A stretch of DNA of 24,066 bases from a virus (lineage: Duplodnaviria > Caudoviricetes), in the IMG/VR virus record IMGVR_UViG_3300020044_000655, positions 1-24,066 of that record; one strand, 5' to 3'. The notes under the pieces were generated by a model. The model saw only the letters and a list, made by a program, of their open reading frames with translations, was not told where the DNA came from and did not search any database. A program made the position numbers and the translations under genes. This document shows, in pieces, positions 7,499 through 17,359 of this stretch (within the stretch, counting starts at the first letter, position 1; every line of letters starts with the position of its first letter).

Positions 7499-9249
7499 TG
7501 GCTACAAGAATTGAATCAGGACAGATCCAACTGCGTAGTGCTGGTGGCGTACCTATGCAACAGATTCAGCCACAGGCTGTAGATCAGGTTGGCTTTAGAG
7601 CGCAAGCACAAACTGCTGGCACGTTGGGTCAGGTGCTTGATCGCATGAGTGGTGCATTGTTTGAGCAGGCTGGCAAGAAAGCTCAAGAGCAAGCGTTGAA
7701 TGATTACTTTAACAACTACCGTGTTACTGATCAACAAATTGAAGCTGCAAAGAATGGTATTCCTGTTGACCTGTCGCTTGGCAAAGGTTTCAGTATTTAC
7801 GATGTTGCACTGCAAAAAGCTCGTAGCTATGAGTTGTCTGGTCGCTTTGAAGTAGAAGCAAAAAACGAGTACAACTTGATCTATGACAAGCTTGTAAACA
7901 ACGAGATGTCTGTCAAAGATGCTGCCGTCAAGATGAAGAGCGTGACTGATGGATACAGTCGTGTGCTTGGCAAAGAAGATGGTGAAGCTGCTCTAAAGTT
8001 TGTCAGCTCCATGGGAATGCATGCCAGCACGATCATGGCAAAGGGATTTGAGCTTGAAGCAAAGCGTAAGCGTGAGCAAGATGTAGTCACACTTCAGCAA
8101 GCATTGTTCAACGAAATTAAATTGCTTCAGCCTACGCTGGAAGCGCCACTTGAGCTGGATGACAACGGACAGCCACGATCACCCAATGTCAAGCTTGAGG
8201 CAGTCAGATTAAAGCTTGGTCAAGTTGGTACTGCTATTGGTGGTCTTGAGCGTGGCAATGCCATGCAAGCAGACTGGGACAAAGCTGTTCGCCAAGCAAA
8301 GATTGATGTGTTGACCAAGGTCGTTATATCAGACCAGTATTTGTTGAACCCAACACAAACACTTAATGCAATTCGCAAAGGTCAGCTTGGTGACAAAACA
8401 CATATTCTGCAAGACTTGATTGCAACAGATTTGCAAGCTGTTGAAGAAGTCTCGAAAAACTACATGCAGGCATTGGCTGACCGCCGCACTTTGAATGACG
8501 ATGCTCAGAAAGAAGAGAAGCGCAAAAGAGAAGCTGATGCAAATACTTTGATGATTGAGTTTCATCAAAAGGGTACGCCAATGAAGCGCAAGGAAGATAT
8601 TGCGTTGCAAGTGGCAAAGATGGGTGTTTTTTCTATTGAGCAATTGGACAAGTACTTGAGTCCTGAGCCAAAGGATGGAGACCCATATGCGTATGCCAAT
8701 ATTGAGACACGCATTGCTTTTGGCGAGATAACTGATCCAGCAGAACTAAAGCGTATTGCAATGCGATCTGGCATGAGTGGGCCACAGTATGTGCGCTTGA
8801 ACAGCAAACTGCTAGAAGGATTCAATCAAGAAAAGTCAGATGCTATGCGCTATTTGCGCCGTGTATCTGGTGTGCCAGATGTTGCAAGCTTGTTTGCAAG
8901 CAAAGATGATGAGCATAAGATCATCAAGAACAACAAAATGAATGATCTATTTGAGTTCCAAGTGAACGCATTTAGACAAACAAACCCTGGCGTTCCAATC
9001 CCATACAAACAAATTGCTCGTCAAACAGAAGATACATACAACACAGGTGACCGTGCCGATGCTGTAAAAACAAAAGCTCGTAATCAAATAAACAATGTTG
9101 TTGGCGACTTGGTTACAAGCAAGAAACTTCCTGCTGGTACTGTCGTTGACGAAAACACAAACATTGACGACTTGGCTACACGATACAAGCTAAAAGAAGA
9201 CGATGCCAGCTATTTGCGTCAACAGCAAAAAACATTGCGTGGTAAATGA
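7498..9249 (+). CDS. Putative internal virion (ejection) protein, gp15-like position
   Basis: 583-aa charged helical ORF coupled to both neighbours. Function is assigned from synteny only. Confidence 0.6.
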   Translation: MATRIESGQIQLRSAGGVPMQQIQPQAVDQVGFRAQAQTAGTLGQVLDRMSGALFEQAGKKAQEQALNDYFNNYRVTDQQIEAAKNGIPVDLSLGKGFSIYDVALQKARSYELSGRFEVEAKNEYNLIYDKLVNNEMSVKDAAVKMKSVTDGYSRVLGKEDGEAALKFVSSMGMHASTIMAKGFELEAKRKREQDVVTLQQALFNEIKLLQPTLEAPLELDDNGQPRSPNVKLEAVRLKLGQVGTAIGGLERGNAMQADWDKAVRQAKIDVLTKVVISDQYLLNPTQTLNAIRKGQLGDKTHILQDLIATDLQAVEEVSKNYMQALADRRTLNDDAQKEEKRKREADANTLMIEFHQKGTPMKRKEDIALQVAKMGVFSIEQLDKYLSPEPKDGDPYAYANIETRIAFGEITDPAELKRIAMRSGMSGPQYVRLNSKLLEGFNQEKSDAMRYLRRVSGVPDVASLFASKDDEHKIIKNNKMNDLFEFQVNAFRQTNPGVPIPYKQIARQTEDTYNTGDRADAVKTKARNQINNVVGDLVTSKKLPAGTVVDENTNIDDLATRYKLKEDDASYLRQQQKTLRGK

Positions 9250-9686
9250 TGGCAACAAAACTTGAACAATCATTGATCGACAACTACTTGAATGCAACGT
9301 ATCCACCGTTGCCAGTGGAGTCTGCTGACTCTATGCAAACGACACCTCGCAATAAATACCAAGACGCTCTTGGTGCTATTGGTACAGCCATTCAAACTGG
9401 TGCTGAGGCAATAGATTTCAATGTGATTGGATTCCCTAATCTTGGATATCTGACATTAAAGGATTTGACTGTTGGCGACCTTGGTCGTGTGCTTGAGCAA
9501 ATCAGCTACGGTGAGTACCCAGTTGAAGGCGCTGGTGGTGTTGGCGGGACATCCAAGCTGAAGATGGAAGACACACTTGAATTACTAAATGCAGTACCAG
9601 TTGCTGGAGCTGCTGCTAAGTTGGCAATCAAGGGTGGAAAAAAGGTTGTGGAAAAAGTAGGCAAAGCTGTCATGGAGACTAAATAA
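9246..9686 (+). CDS. Hypothetical protein in the ejection-protein cluster
   Basis: 146 aa, overlaps both neighbours (ATGA, TAATG). Gly/Ala/Lys-rich amphipathic C-terminus. Confidence 0.6.
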   Translation: MMATKLEQSLIDNYLNATYPPLPVESADSMQTTPRNKYQDALGAIGTAIQTGAEAIDFNVIGFPNLGYLTLKDLTVGDLGRVLEQISYGEYPVEGAGGVGGTSKLKMEDTLELLNAVPVAGAAAKLAIKGGKKVVEKVGKAVMETK

Positions 9687-12600
9687 TGGCAAACGAATCT
9701 CTTGATCAGCGTCTAAGTCAAATCATGCCTGCTGAGGTAGAGCAACAATTGCCTGCTGATCTGCCTCGTGCTGATGTGGAACTTGCTGATGCTGGTGACG
9801 ACACCACAATCCAAGTGGCTGGTCTTGGTGACAAGATCATCAAAGGACTAACCAAGGTTGTTACAGACTTTGGTGGGCCAGCAGGTAGCAAGATTGAAAA
9901 AGCTGCGGCTGAGAAGAAATTGTTGCAAGAAAGCGAGAAGGTAATTACGCCATCGCCTACGCCAGCGGTAACGCCTGCACCTATTCCTGCCACACCAAAG
10001 CCACGCAAGATTAAGGCAGCGCCAACACCTGCACAGAATATTGGCGAACTGCCACAGAAGCTGGAAGTCTTTGAAACCAAGATTGAGACTGCGCCAGTAA
10101 CTGGAAAGCCTCCTGAAACACTAATCAATGTCGAGCGCATTGATGGCCCTGATGACTTCAAGCAGACAGTCAACGCATTGTCTGAAGCAACAGGCATCAA
10201 AGTTGACAAAATGACATGGGAAGAAACATTGGCTGCGGCTAAGGAAAAGGGCTTTGGCTCTGACATCCTTTCTGATTTACAGGCAATGAAAGAGCAATAC
10301 AACGAAATTCCTGTTGATTTATTACGTTTACGTCTTGCTAGTTACCAAAGCATGAACGATTTTTATACTTTGGCACGACAGGCATATCTGAACCCTGATG
10401 ACGCAATATTGCAAGCCAAACTATTGCGCCAGTTAAATTTGCAGGGCGCTGTTCAAGATGCTTATATTTTGTCTCGTACTCGCTCTGCACAAGGTACTGC
10501 TGTTGGTCGTATGCAGATCACTGAAGGCAAAGCTGCTGGCATTATGGATGAAACTGGCAACATCAAGATTCCATCAATTAACGATGCTGAAATGAAAAAG
10601 ATGTTGGCAGATCCAAATGTGACTGACAACTTAAAGTTAATGATTGAAAAGTTTGTGCAGTTGACAGATGAAGGGGCGCGAGAAGGATTGCTTAACAAGG
10701 TAAGCAAGGTTGGATTGATTGGCGAATTATGGGATCGTACTTGGAAGAATGGCTTGCTGTCTGCCACAGGTACTCACGTTGTTAACTTTGGATCAAACAC
10801 AAGTATGCTTGCAAGTTCTGTCGCCACACGAGCAATTGCTGGTGGCATAAGTGCAACCAAACGTGCATTTGGTGGAACTGGTGAAGTTGAGCTTGGAGAG
10901 GCTGGCGCATTAATATCTGGAATGATTCATGGCTTCAGAGATGGTATGAGCCTGAGCTGGCAAGCATTAAAGACTGGAACTACTCGTGAGCAACGTGCTG
11001 GCATGAACCTTTTAGATGATGGCGGTATGAAGCTTGAAGGCCAATACAACGTATTGGATGCTAGAGATTACGGCTTTGAAAATGAGACATTTATTAAGGG
11101 CGTAAATTACTACGCAACTTTTGGATCATTGCTTGGTGGTCGCCCAATTATGGCAATGGATGAGTTCTTCAAGACCATTGGCTATCGTGCTGAACTGAAT
11201 GCACAAGCATATCGTGCTGGCGCACAAGCACGGCGTGAGGCTATTACCAATGGCAAGACAGCAGAAGAAGCCGCACAAATTGAGTTAAAAGTAATGGGCG
11301 ACACATTGGCTAATCCACCAGCCAACATTGACGAAGCCGCCACAGACTTTGCTCAGATGATCACATTCAGCCGCAAGCTGACTGGTGCTTCCAAACAGAT
11401 ACAAGAACTGGCACAAGATCATTTGCTTGGAAGAATTACTTTGCCATTTGTTAAGACTCCGACATGGGTTTTAAGTGAGTCAATGCAACATAGTGGAATG
11501 GCATTCTTATCTAGCCAGTGGCGCAAAGACATGGCGGCTGGTGGCGCACAGCGTGAGCTTGCCATGGCTAAGTTTGGCATGGGTTCGACAATCATGCTTG
11601 GTGTTGGCTCGTATGTGGCAGATGGTCGCATCACAGGCGGTGGCCCTGGCGATACCAATTTGCGCAAGATCTATTTGGACAGTGGTTGGAAGCCATACTC
11701 GTTTGTGTTCCAGCCTGGCGAGTGGGATGCTGAGTTTGTCGATTACCTTAAGGGTATGAAGATTGACCCATCCATTGGTACTGACCAACGTCTGTATGTT
11801 CCATTCCGTGGCATTGACCCACTTGCTGGCCCATTGGCAATGACGGCTGATGCCGTTGAATATGCTCGTTATGAAGATGATGAAGACTTGGTTGGTCAGG
11901 CTATCCTTGGTGCGACATGGGGCTTGTATAGCTATGTTGGACAACAGCCTTTCCTGACTGCTATTAGCTCTCTTGCTGGAGCTTTCAGCCAAACCATACC
12001 CAACCCAAAGCAGGCATTTAAGGATGCGCTTAATCAGGTTGCATCTACTGGCTCTCAATATGCCGTTGAAGGATCTCCTGCTGGTTTGTTTAACAGCGCA
12101 AGAGCGCAGATTGAACGTATTGTTGACCCCAATAAGCGTGAGACTGCTGAATCTCCAAAAACGCCTACCGTCATCAAAGGCTTTTATGAGGGTCTGAACA
12201 AGTCGATTTCCAAAACTCCATTCTTGAGTGACTCTCTTGGCAAACAGTACGACTATCTTGGTGAAGAGATGATGGACATTGATCCAGCCAATCCATGGTT
12301 GGCATCATCCAGTGGCATCAGATTCTCCACCAGCAAACAGCGTCCTGCCGACAAGATCATCATTCAGCTTGGCATGTCGATTAAGAAGCCTGGTCGCTCT
12401 ATCACCATGGGCGATGTCAGCGTCAAGCTGGAGCCAGACGAGTACGAGTACATGATGCGTCAGTTTGGCAAGATTACTGATGGTCAAGGCATGCGTCTGA
12501 AGGATGCCATTGTGGAACGTACTCAAGCGCCAGGCTTTGACACAATGGACAAGTATGTAAGACAGCAAAATATCGCTGAAGTCTACAGTTCGTTCACGGA

Positions 12601-12709
12601 AGCGGCAAAGCAAGACTTGATAGCAAACAGCAAGTTCTCTGTTGCCATTCAGCGCCGCATAGAAACTGCACAAAACAGGCTTCCAAGGGTAGGCAAATAT
12701 GCCAAGTAA
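9686..12709 (+). CDS. Large internal virion (ejection) protein, gp16-like position
   Basis: 1007 aa with NGLLSATGTHVVN, DEFFKTIGYR, LPFVKTP, ITGGGP and GWKPYS motifs typical of large podoviral internal proteins. Directly precedes the tail fibre. Confidence 0.7.
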   Translation: MANESLDQRLSQIMPAEVEQQLPADLPRADVELADAGDDTTIQVAGLGDKIIKGLTKVVTDFGGPAGSKIEKAAAEKKLLQESEKVITPSPTPAVTPAPIPATPKPRKIKAAPTPAQNIGELPQKLEVFETKIETAPVTGKPPETLINVERIDGPDDFKQTVNALSEATGIKVDKMTWEETLAAAKEKGFGSDILSDLQAMKEQYNEIPVDLLRLRLASYQSMNDFYTLARQAYLNPDDAILQAKLLRQLNLQGAVQDAYILSRTRSAQGTAVGRMQITEGKAAGIMDETGNIKIPSINDAEMKKMLADPNVTDNLKLMIEKFVQLTDEGAREGLLNKVSKVGLIGELWDRTWKNGLLSATGTHVVNFGSNTSMLASSVATRAIAGGISATKRAFGGTGEVELGEAGALISGMIHGFRDGMSLSWQALKTGTTREQRAGMNLLDDGGMKLEGQYNVLDARDYGFENETFIKGVNYYATFGSLLGGRPIMAMDEFFKTIGYRAELNAQAYRAGAQARREAITNGKTAEEAAQIELKVMGDTLANPPANIDEAATDFAQMITFSRKLTGASKQIQELAQDHLLGRITLPFVKTPTWVLSESMQHSGMAFLSSQWRKDMAAGGAQRELAMAKFGMGSTIMLGVGSYVADGRITGGGPGDTNLRKIYLDSGWKPYSFVFQPGEWDAEFVDYLKGMKIDPSIGTDQRLYVPFRGIDPLAGPLAMTADAVEYARYEDDEDLVGQAILGATWGLYSYVGQQPFLTAISSLAGAFSQTIPNPKQAFKDALNQVASTGSQYAVEGSPAGLFNSARAQIERIVDPNKRETAESPKTPTVIKGFYEGLNKSISKTPFLSDSLGKQYDYLGEEMMDIDPANPWLASSSGIRFSTSKQRPADKIIIQLGMSIKKPGRSITMGDVSVKLEPDEYEYMMRQFGKITDGQGMRLKDAIVERTQAPGFDTMDKYVRQQNIAEVYSSFTEAAKQDLIANSKFSVAIQRRIETAQNRLPRVGKYAK

Positions 12710-12718
12710 TCGTACAAT
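12690..12718 (+). promoter_or_regulatory. Possible internal promoter for tail-fibre/lysis genes
   Basis: TAGGCA, 17-bp spacer, TACAAT, just upstream of the fibre gene start. Confidence 0.3.
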
Positions 12719-12739
12719 TTCTAAAAGGATGGACTGATC

Positions 12740-14338
12740 ATGGCGATCCCAATTTCCAACGTAACACGCCGAGTGGTATATGCAGCCAGTGGTACTGGGC
12801 CGTATAACTTTACCTTTGAGATTTTGGCTAACACCGATATTGCTGTTTACCAAGACGATACCCTGTTGACGTTGACCACAAATTACACAGTCACTATCAA
12901 CAGCAATGGCACAGGTTATGTAACCCTAACAGCATTACCAACAGGTGCAACTCAGATTGCCATTGTTGGTAACCGCACCATTCAGCGTACTACTGACTTT
13001 GTGACTGGTGGTGACTTCTTTGCCAACACTGTCAATGACGAGATGGATCAGCAGACCATCTTTGCACAGCAGAATGCTGAAGGTTTGAATAGGGCATTAA
13101 GCGCACCACAAACAGATCCAACTACCATTAACATGGTTCTTCCTCGTGCATCATTAAGAGCAAATAAAGCTCTTGGATTTGATGCTGATGGAAATCCTGC
13201 AATTGCAGATACTCTTGGCACAAACCGTGGTAACTGGGCAAGTGCAACTCAGTACTATGTACGAGACATTGTCAAAGATACCAGCAACAATAATATTTAT
13301 CAGTGCTTAACACTGCACACATCTACTGGATCGCAACCAATCAGCACAAACACTGATTCTGCAAAATGGTTTTTGTTAGTTGATGCATCAAGTGCTACAA
13401 GTTCAGCGGCAGCGGCAGCGGCTTCAGCAACCCTTGCAAATGATTGGGCAACAAAGACTTCTGGTGCTGTAGCTGGTGGAGAGTATTCTGCTAAGTATCA
13501 TGCACAAGCGGCATCTACAAGCGCCAGCAACGCAAGCACATCCGCATCAAATGCCAGCACATCAGCTTCAAATGCATCTACTTCTGCTACTAATGCAAGC
13601 AATGCACAAACTGCCGCTGAAGCTGCAAGAGATGCAACCTTGGCGGCATACGATAGCTTTGATGATCGCTACCTTGGATCAAAATCAAGCAACCCATCTG
13701 TAGACAATGATGGTAATGCACTGGTTGCTGGCGCTTTGTACTACAACACTACAGTACCTGAGATGCGCTTGTACACAGGTAGCGCATGGGTAGCTGCCTA
13801 TGTGTCTGGTGCTTCATATCTTCTGACAGCAAACAATTTGTCTGAATTGACAGCATCTGCATCAACAGTCAGATCAAACCTTGGTTTGGTAATTGGCACA
13901 AACGTGCAAGCATGGGACGCTGATCTAGATACATGGGCTGGAAAGACTGCGCCAAGTGGCACTGTTGTTGGCACATCAGATTCGCAGACATTGTCATCTA
14001 AGACGCTTACCAATCCAACTGTGAACAACTACACAGAGGGCGTTGTTGCAATTGGCAACTCAGGTACATCAAAGACAATTGATCTGACCAATGGCACTGT
14101 GCAAACTGTCACCATGACTGGCAACTGCACATTCACCATGCCAACAGCAACTGCTGGCAAATCATTTATTTTAGTCATCAGTACTGGTGCAGGTTCGTTC
14201 ACAGGAACATTCACAAGTGTGAAGTGGCCTAACAATGTCGCACCTACGATCACCACAACAGCAAGTCGTTGGGATATTCTGACATTTGTTGCGGATGGTA
14301 CAAACTGGTATGGCAACTCAGCACAGGCATACGCATAA
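12740..14338 (+). CDS. Tail fibre protein (T7 gp17-like N-terminal attachment domain)
   Basis: N-terminal GPYNFTFEIL..RTTDF..NDEMD pattern, Ala/Ser coiled-coil shaft, FDDRYLG motif and C-terminal VKWP..DILTF..DGTNWYG domain. Confidence 0.85.
   Translation: MAIPISNVTRRVVYAASGTGPYNFTFEILANTDIAVYQDDTLLTLTTNYTVTINSNGTGYVTLTALPTGATQIAIVGNRTIQRTTDFVTGGDFFANTVNDEMDQQTIFAQQNAEGLNRALSAPQTDPTTINMVLPRASLRANKALGFDADGNPAIADTLGTNRGNWASATQYYVRDIVKDTSNNNIYQCLTLHTSTGSQPISTNTDSAKWFLLVDASSATSSAAAAAASATLANDWATKTSGAVAGGEYSAKYHAQAASTSASNASTSASNASTSASNASTSATNASNAQTAAEAARDATLAAYDSFDDRYLGSKSSNPSVDNDGNALVAGALYYNTTVPEMRLYTGSAWVAAYVSGASYLLTANNLSELTASASTVRSNLGLVIGTNVQAWDADLDTWAGKTAPSGTVVGTSDSQTLSSKTLTNPTVNNYTEGVVAIGNSGTSKTIDLTNGTVQTVTMTGNCTFTMPTATAGKSFILVISTGAGSFTGTFTSVKWPNNVAPTITTTASRWDILTFVADGTNWYGNSAQAYA
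13511..13594 (+). repeat. Four tandem 21-bp coding repeats (ASTSASN x3 + ASTSATN)
   Basis: Protein-level heptad repeat with heavily diverged synonymous codons. Confidence 0.8.
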
Positions 14339-16734
14339 TGTTTGCATCTAAAGACATATTACTTGCTGCGCCAAGTGGCTACAAGATTAGCCGCAGTGTG
14401 CGAACACGAGCGTCTGCTACTGCTTATTTCAATAGGACACCTGCAAGTGCAACAAATCAAACTACATGGACTTGGAGTGGTTGGGTTAAGCGTGGGTCAT
14501 TAGGTGGTACGCAATGCTTGTTCTGCGCAGGGCCAAGTACAGCTACGACAAACACATACATTGGTTTCTCAAGCGACCAGTTTTATTTTGCAAACTATAT
14601 TTCCAGTTCTGCAAATGGATACATATTAACCACTCCTGTCTACCGTGATCCTTCGGCGTGGTATCACGTTGTTGTGGTTTGGAATACGACTGATGCAACC
14701 GCAACGAACAGACTCAAGTTTTATTTGAATGGCACTCTTATAACCAATGGAACGCCAACGCAAAATACAACGAGCGCAATAAACGCAGTTACTGCACACA
14801 GACTAGGTGTTGATACATCTGGAAATAACCAATATTTTGATGGTTACATAACAGAAATCAACTTCATTGATGGTCAAGCCTTAACACCATCATCCTTTGG
14901 CGAAATCAATCCTGTCACTGGCGTATGGCAACCTAAAAAATACACAGGCACATACGGCACAAATGGTTTTTATCTGAACTTCAGCGACAACTCTGCCGCT
15001 ACTGCCGCAGCTATTGGTAAGGACTACTCAGGCAACGGCAACAACTGGACACCCAACAACATTAGCGTGACCGCTGGTGCGACATACGACTCAATGTTGG
15101 ATGTGCCAACACCTTATGCAGATGGTGGTAATGGGCGTGGAAACTATGCAACTCTTAATCCGTTAGACACTGCTACGACAATGCAAGCCAGTCTTGCAAG
15201 CGGTAATTTAGACTTAAACGCAAATACAGCAGCAAGCGGTAATGGAAATTCAAGAGCAACCATTGCTGTAAATTCTGGTAAATGGTATTTTGAGGCCACA
15301 TTAAGCGGCTATGTTGGAAGCAGTAATTTACGAGCAGGATGGGACTTTGCTATTGCTGGCGTTGGTACAGGTAGCAGTGGTATTACTGGCGCATACAAAG
15401 ATGTGTCTTCAAACCAAACAGTAATTATTGCGGTTGATTTGGACAATCTTTTGGCATGGGTTGGTAGCAATGGAACGTGGGATGCTGGTGACCCATCTGC
15501 TGGAACAGGTGGTACTTCAATAAGTTTGTCTGGCTATCTTGCAGTTCCATTTGTTAGAGACAACTCAGCCACTGCGGGAAATGGTGGCAAGTGGTCGGTT
15601 AATTTCGGTCAACGCCCATTTAGTTATACATCACCCACAGGGTTTAAAGCACTGAACACGCAGAACCTGCCAGCGCCAACTATCAGCAATGGTGCGGCTT
15701 ACATGGCGGCAAACATATTTACTGGAAACAGTGCAACGCAAACAGTTAACAATTCAGTCAATAACGTATCGTTTCAACCTGACCTAATATGGTTTAAAAA
15801 TAGAAGCAACGCTCTTGACCACGCTATATTAGATGCTGTTCGTGGCGGTACACCACCACTATTTTTATCATCCAACTTGACTACAGCAGAAGGCAGCACA
15901 GGCGGTGGTGAGTCTATTACTTACAACAGCAATGGGTTTGCTGTAATCAGCAATAACCAGCGTATAAATTTCAGCGGACATACCTATGTCGCTTGGCAAT
16001 GGAACGCTGGAAACTCAACAGTAACCAACACCAGTGGTTCTATCTCAGCACAGGTAAGAGCGAACCCCACTGCTGGATTTAGCGTGGTGACATATACAGG
16101 TAATGGTTCAAATGGGGCAACAGTGGGACATGGACTTGGTGTTGTCCCAGCCATGATGATTATTAAATCAAGAAATTACGGATCGGTTGGGTGGGATTGG
16201 ATTGTTTATCATAGATCTTTAAATACTTCAACGGAATATTTAGTGCTTAATAGCACTGCCGCAAAAGCGACAGCCGCTGGTCTTTGGTCTACCTCTTCAA
16301 GCACGTTTGGTTTTCCAACCGCTTATTCAACAACAAATAGTGCTGGAGTCACATCGCCATATTCAAATTTTGTTGCGTACTGCTTTGCCGCAGTTGCTGG
16401 CTATTCAGCATTTGGTAGCTACACAGGCAATGGAAGTACAGATGGGCCATTCATCTATTGTGGGTTTAGACCTCGTTATTTTTGGTGCAAAAGAACAGAC
16501 TCAACTGGCTCTTGGCAACTTCATGACACTTCTCGCAGCACATATAACGCCGCCGCTGAAGAACTGTATCCTAATGCCACTGCGGCTGAAGACACCTCAT
16601 GGTTGGTGGATTTTTTATCTAATGGTGTAAAAATTCGCAGTAACTCATCTAGCACGGATAGCAATGCCACTGGCGGTACATACATTTTTGCCGCTTTTGC
16701 CGAAAACCCATTCAAGAATTCTTTAGCGAGGTAA
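14338..16734 (+). CDS. Receptor-binding/tail fibre protein with LamG/ConA-like and SPRY-like beta-sandwich domains
   Basis: Start corrected to the ATG at 14338 (TAATG overlap), giving 798 aa. Motifs include TWTWSGWVKR, YRDPSAWYHVV, GKWYFEA, NFGQRPF, FQPDLIWFKNR and repeated YTGNG. Confidence 0.8.
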   Translation: MFASKDILLAAPSGYKISRSVRTRASATAYFNRTPASATNQTTWTWSGWVKRGSLGGTQCLFCAGPSTATTNTYIGFSSDQFYFANYISSSANGYILTTPVYRDPSAWYHVVVVWNTTDATATNRLKFYLNGTLITNGTPTQNTTSAINAVTAHRLGVDTSGNNQYFDGYITEINFIDGQALTPSSFGEINPVTGVWQPKKYTGTYGTNGFYLNFSDNSAATAAAIGKDYSGNGNNWTPNNISVTAGATYDSMLDVPTPYADGGNGRGNYATLNPLDTATTMQASLASGNLDLNANTAASGNGNSRATIAVNSGKWYFEATLSGYVGSSNLRAGWDFAIAGVGTGSSGITGAYKDVSSNQTVIIAVDLDNLLAWVGSNGTWDAGDPSAGTGGTSISLSGYLAVPFVRDNSATAGNGGKWSVNFGQRPFSYTSPTGFKALNTQNLPAPTISNGAAYMAANIFTGNSATQTVNNSVNNVSFQPDLIWFKNRSNALDHAILDAVRGGTPPLFLSSNLTTAEGSTGGGESITYNSNGFAVISNNQRINFSGHTYVAWQWNAGNSTVTNTSGSISAQVRANPTAGFSVVTYTGNGSNGATVGHGLGVVPAMMIIKSRNYGSVGWDWIVYHRSLNTSTEYLVLNSTAAKATAAGLWSTSSSTFGFPTAYSTTNSAGVTSPYSNFVAYCFAAVAGYSAFGSYTGNGSTDGPFIYCGFRPRYFWCKRTDSTGSWQLHDTSRSTYNAAAEELYPNATAAEDTSWLVDFLSNGVKIRSNSSSTDSNATGGTYIFAAFAENPFKNSLAR

Positions 16735-16737
16735 CTC

Positions 16738-17172
16738 ATGTTTTTACTGAACGGCAACCCTTTACCCATCGACACACCATTTGAGATAGATGGCACAAGC
16801 TATCCATCCAATTGGTTGCGCCTAACAAGTATTGCAGAAAAGAATGCTGTTGGTATCACAGAGGTAGAAGACAATCAAGCCACATACGATGATCGCTTTT
16901 ATTGGGGTGTAGACAATCCTAAAGACTTAGACATGCTTAAGTCGAATTGGACTGCGGCAGTAAAAGACACAGCCAACAAGTTGCTGGCTCAGTCTGACTG
17001 GATGGTTATCCGCAAGGTTGAGCGCAGCATTGATGTACCTGCTAACACAGCCACCTATCGTTCCGCTGTGATTACAGAATGCACACGACTGACGGCAGCC
17101 ATTGCTGCTTGCTCTGATGTGCCAGCTCTGATAGCTGTGGTAACTGCACAAGGATGGCCTGCAAATGAGTGA
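16738..17172 (+). CDS. Tail fibre assembly chaperone-like protein
   Basis: YPSNWLRL and ANKLLAQSDWMVIR motifs; immediately follows the fibre genes. Confidence 0.65.
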   Translation: MFLLNGNPLPIDTPFEIDGTSYPSNWLRLTSIAEKNAVGITEVEDNQATYDDRFYWGVDNPKDLDMLKSNWTAAVKDTANKLLAQSDWMVIRKVERSIDVPANTATYRSAVITECTRLTAAIAACSDVPALIAVVTAQGWPANE

Positions 17173-17359
17173 TCTTGAAAAGAACTTTGCCGTACATGAA
17201 GCTATCTGCGCACAGCGGTACGAGAGCATAGACAAGTCTTTGCGTGAGGGTGACCGCCGAATGACCAAGATTGAGTACCTAATCTACGCTGTGATGTTGT
17301 GCGTGTTGTTTGGGCCTGGCGTTGCTGGCGAGTTTGTCAAGAAAATCCTGGGGCTATAA
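17165..17359 (+). CDS. Small coiled-coil plus C-terminal TM protein (holin/antiholin-like)
   Basis: 64 aa with HEAICAQRY motif and hydrophobic YLIYAVMLCVLFGPGVAG; first gene of the lysis region. Confidence 0.65.
   Translation: MSDLEKNFAVHEAICAQRYESIDKSLREGDRRMTKIEYLIYAVMLCVLFGPGVAGEFVKKILGL

Noticed and set aside
402-12853. Numerous antisense and alternate-frame ORFs within the structural genes
   Set aside because: Shadow ORFs of long, well-supported genes, with no RBS or motifs.
14269-14337. Upstream start given for the 821-aa ORF
   Set aside because: It lies inside the preceding fibre gene. The TAATG overlap at 14336-14340 is the better start.
12740-17172. Diversity-generating retroelement as in BPP-1
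   Set aside because: No reverse transcriptase and no template/variable repeat pair seen in the window.
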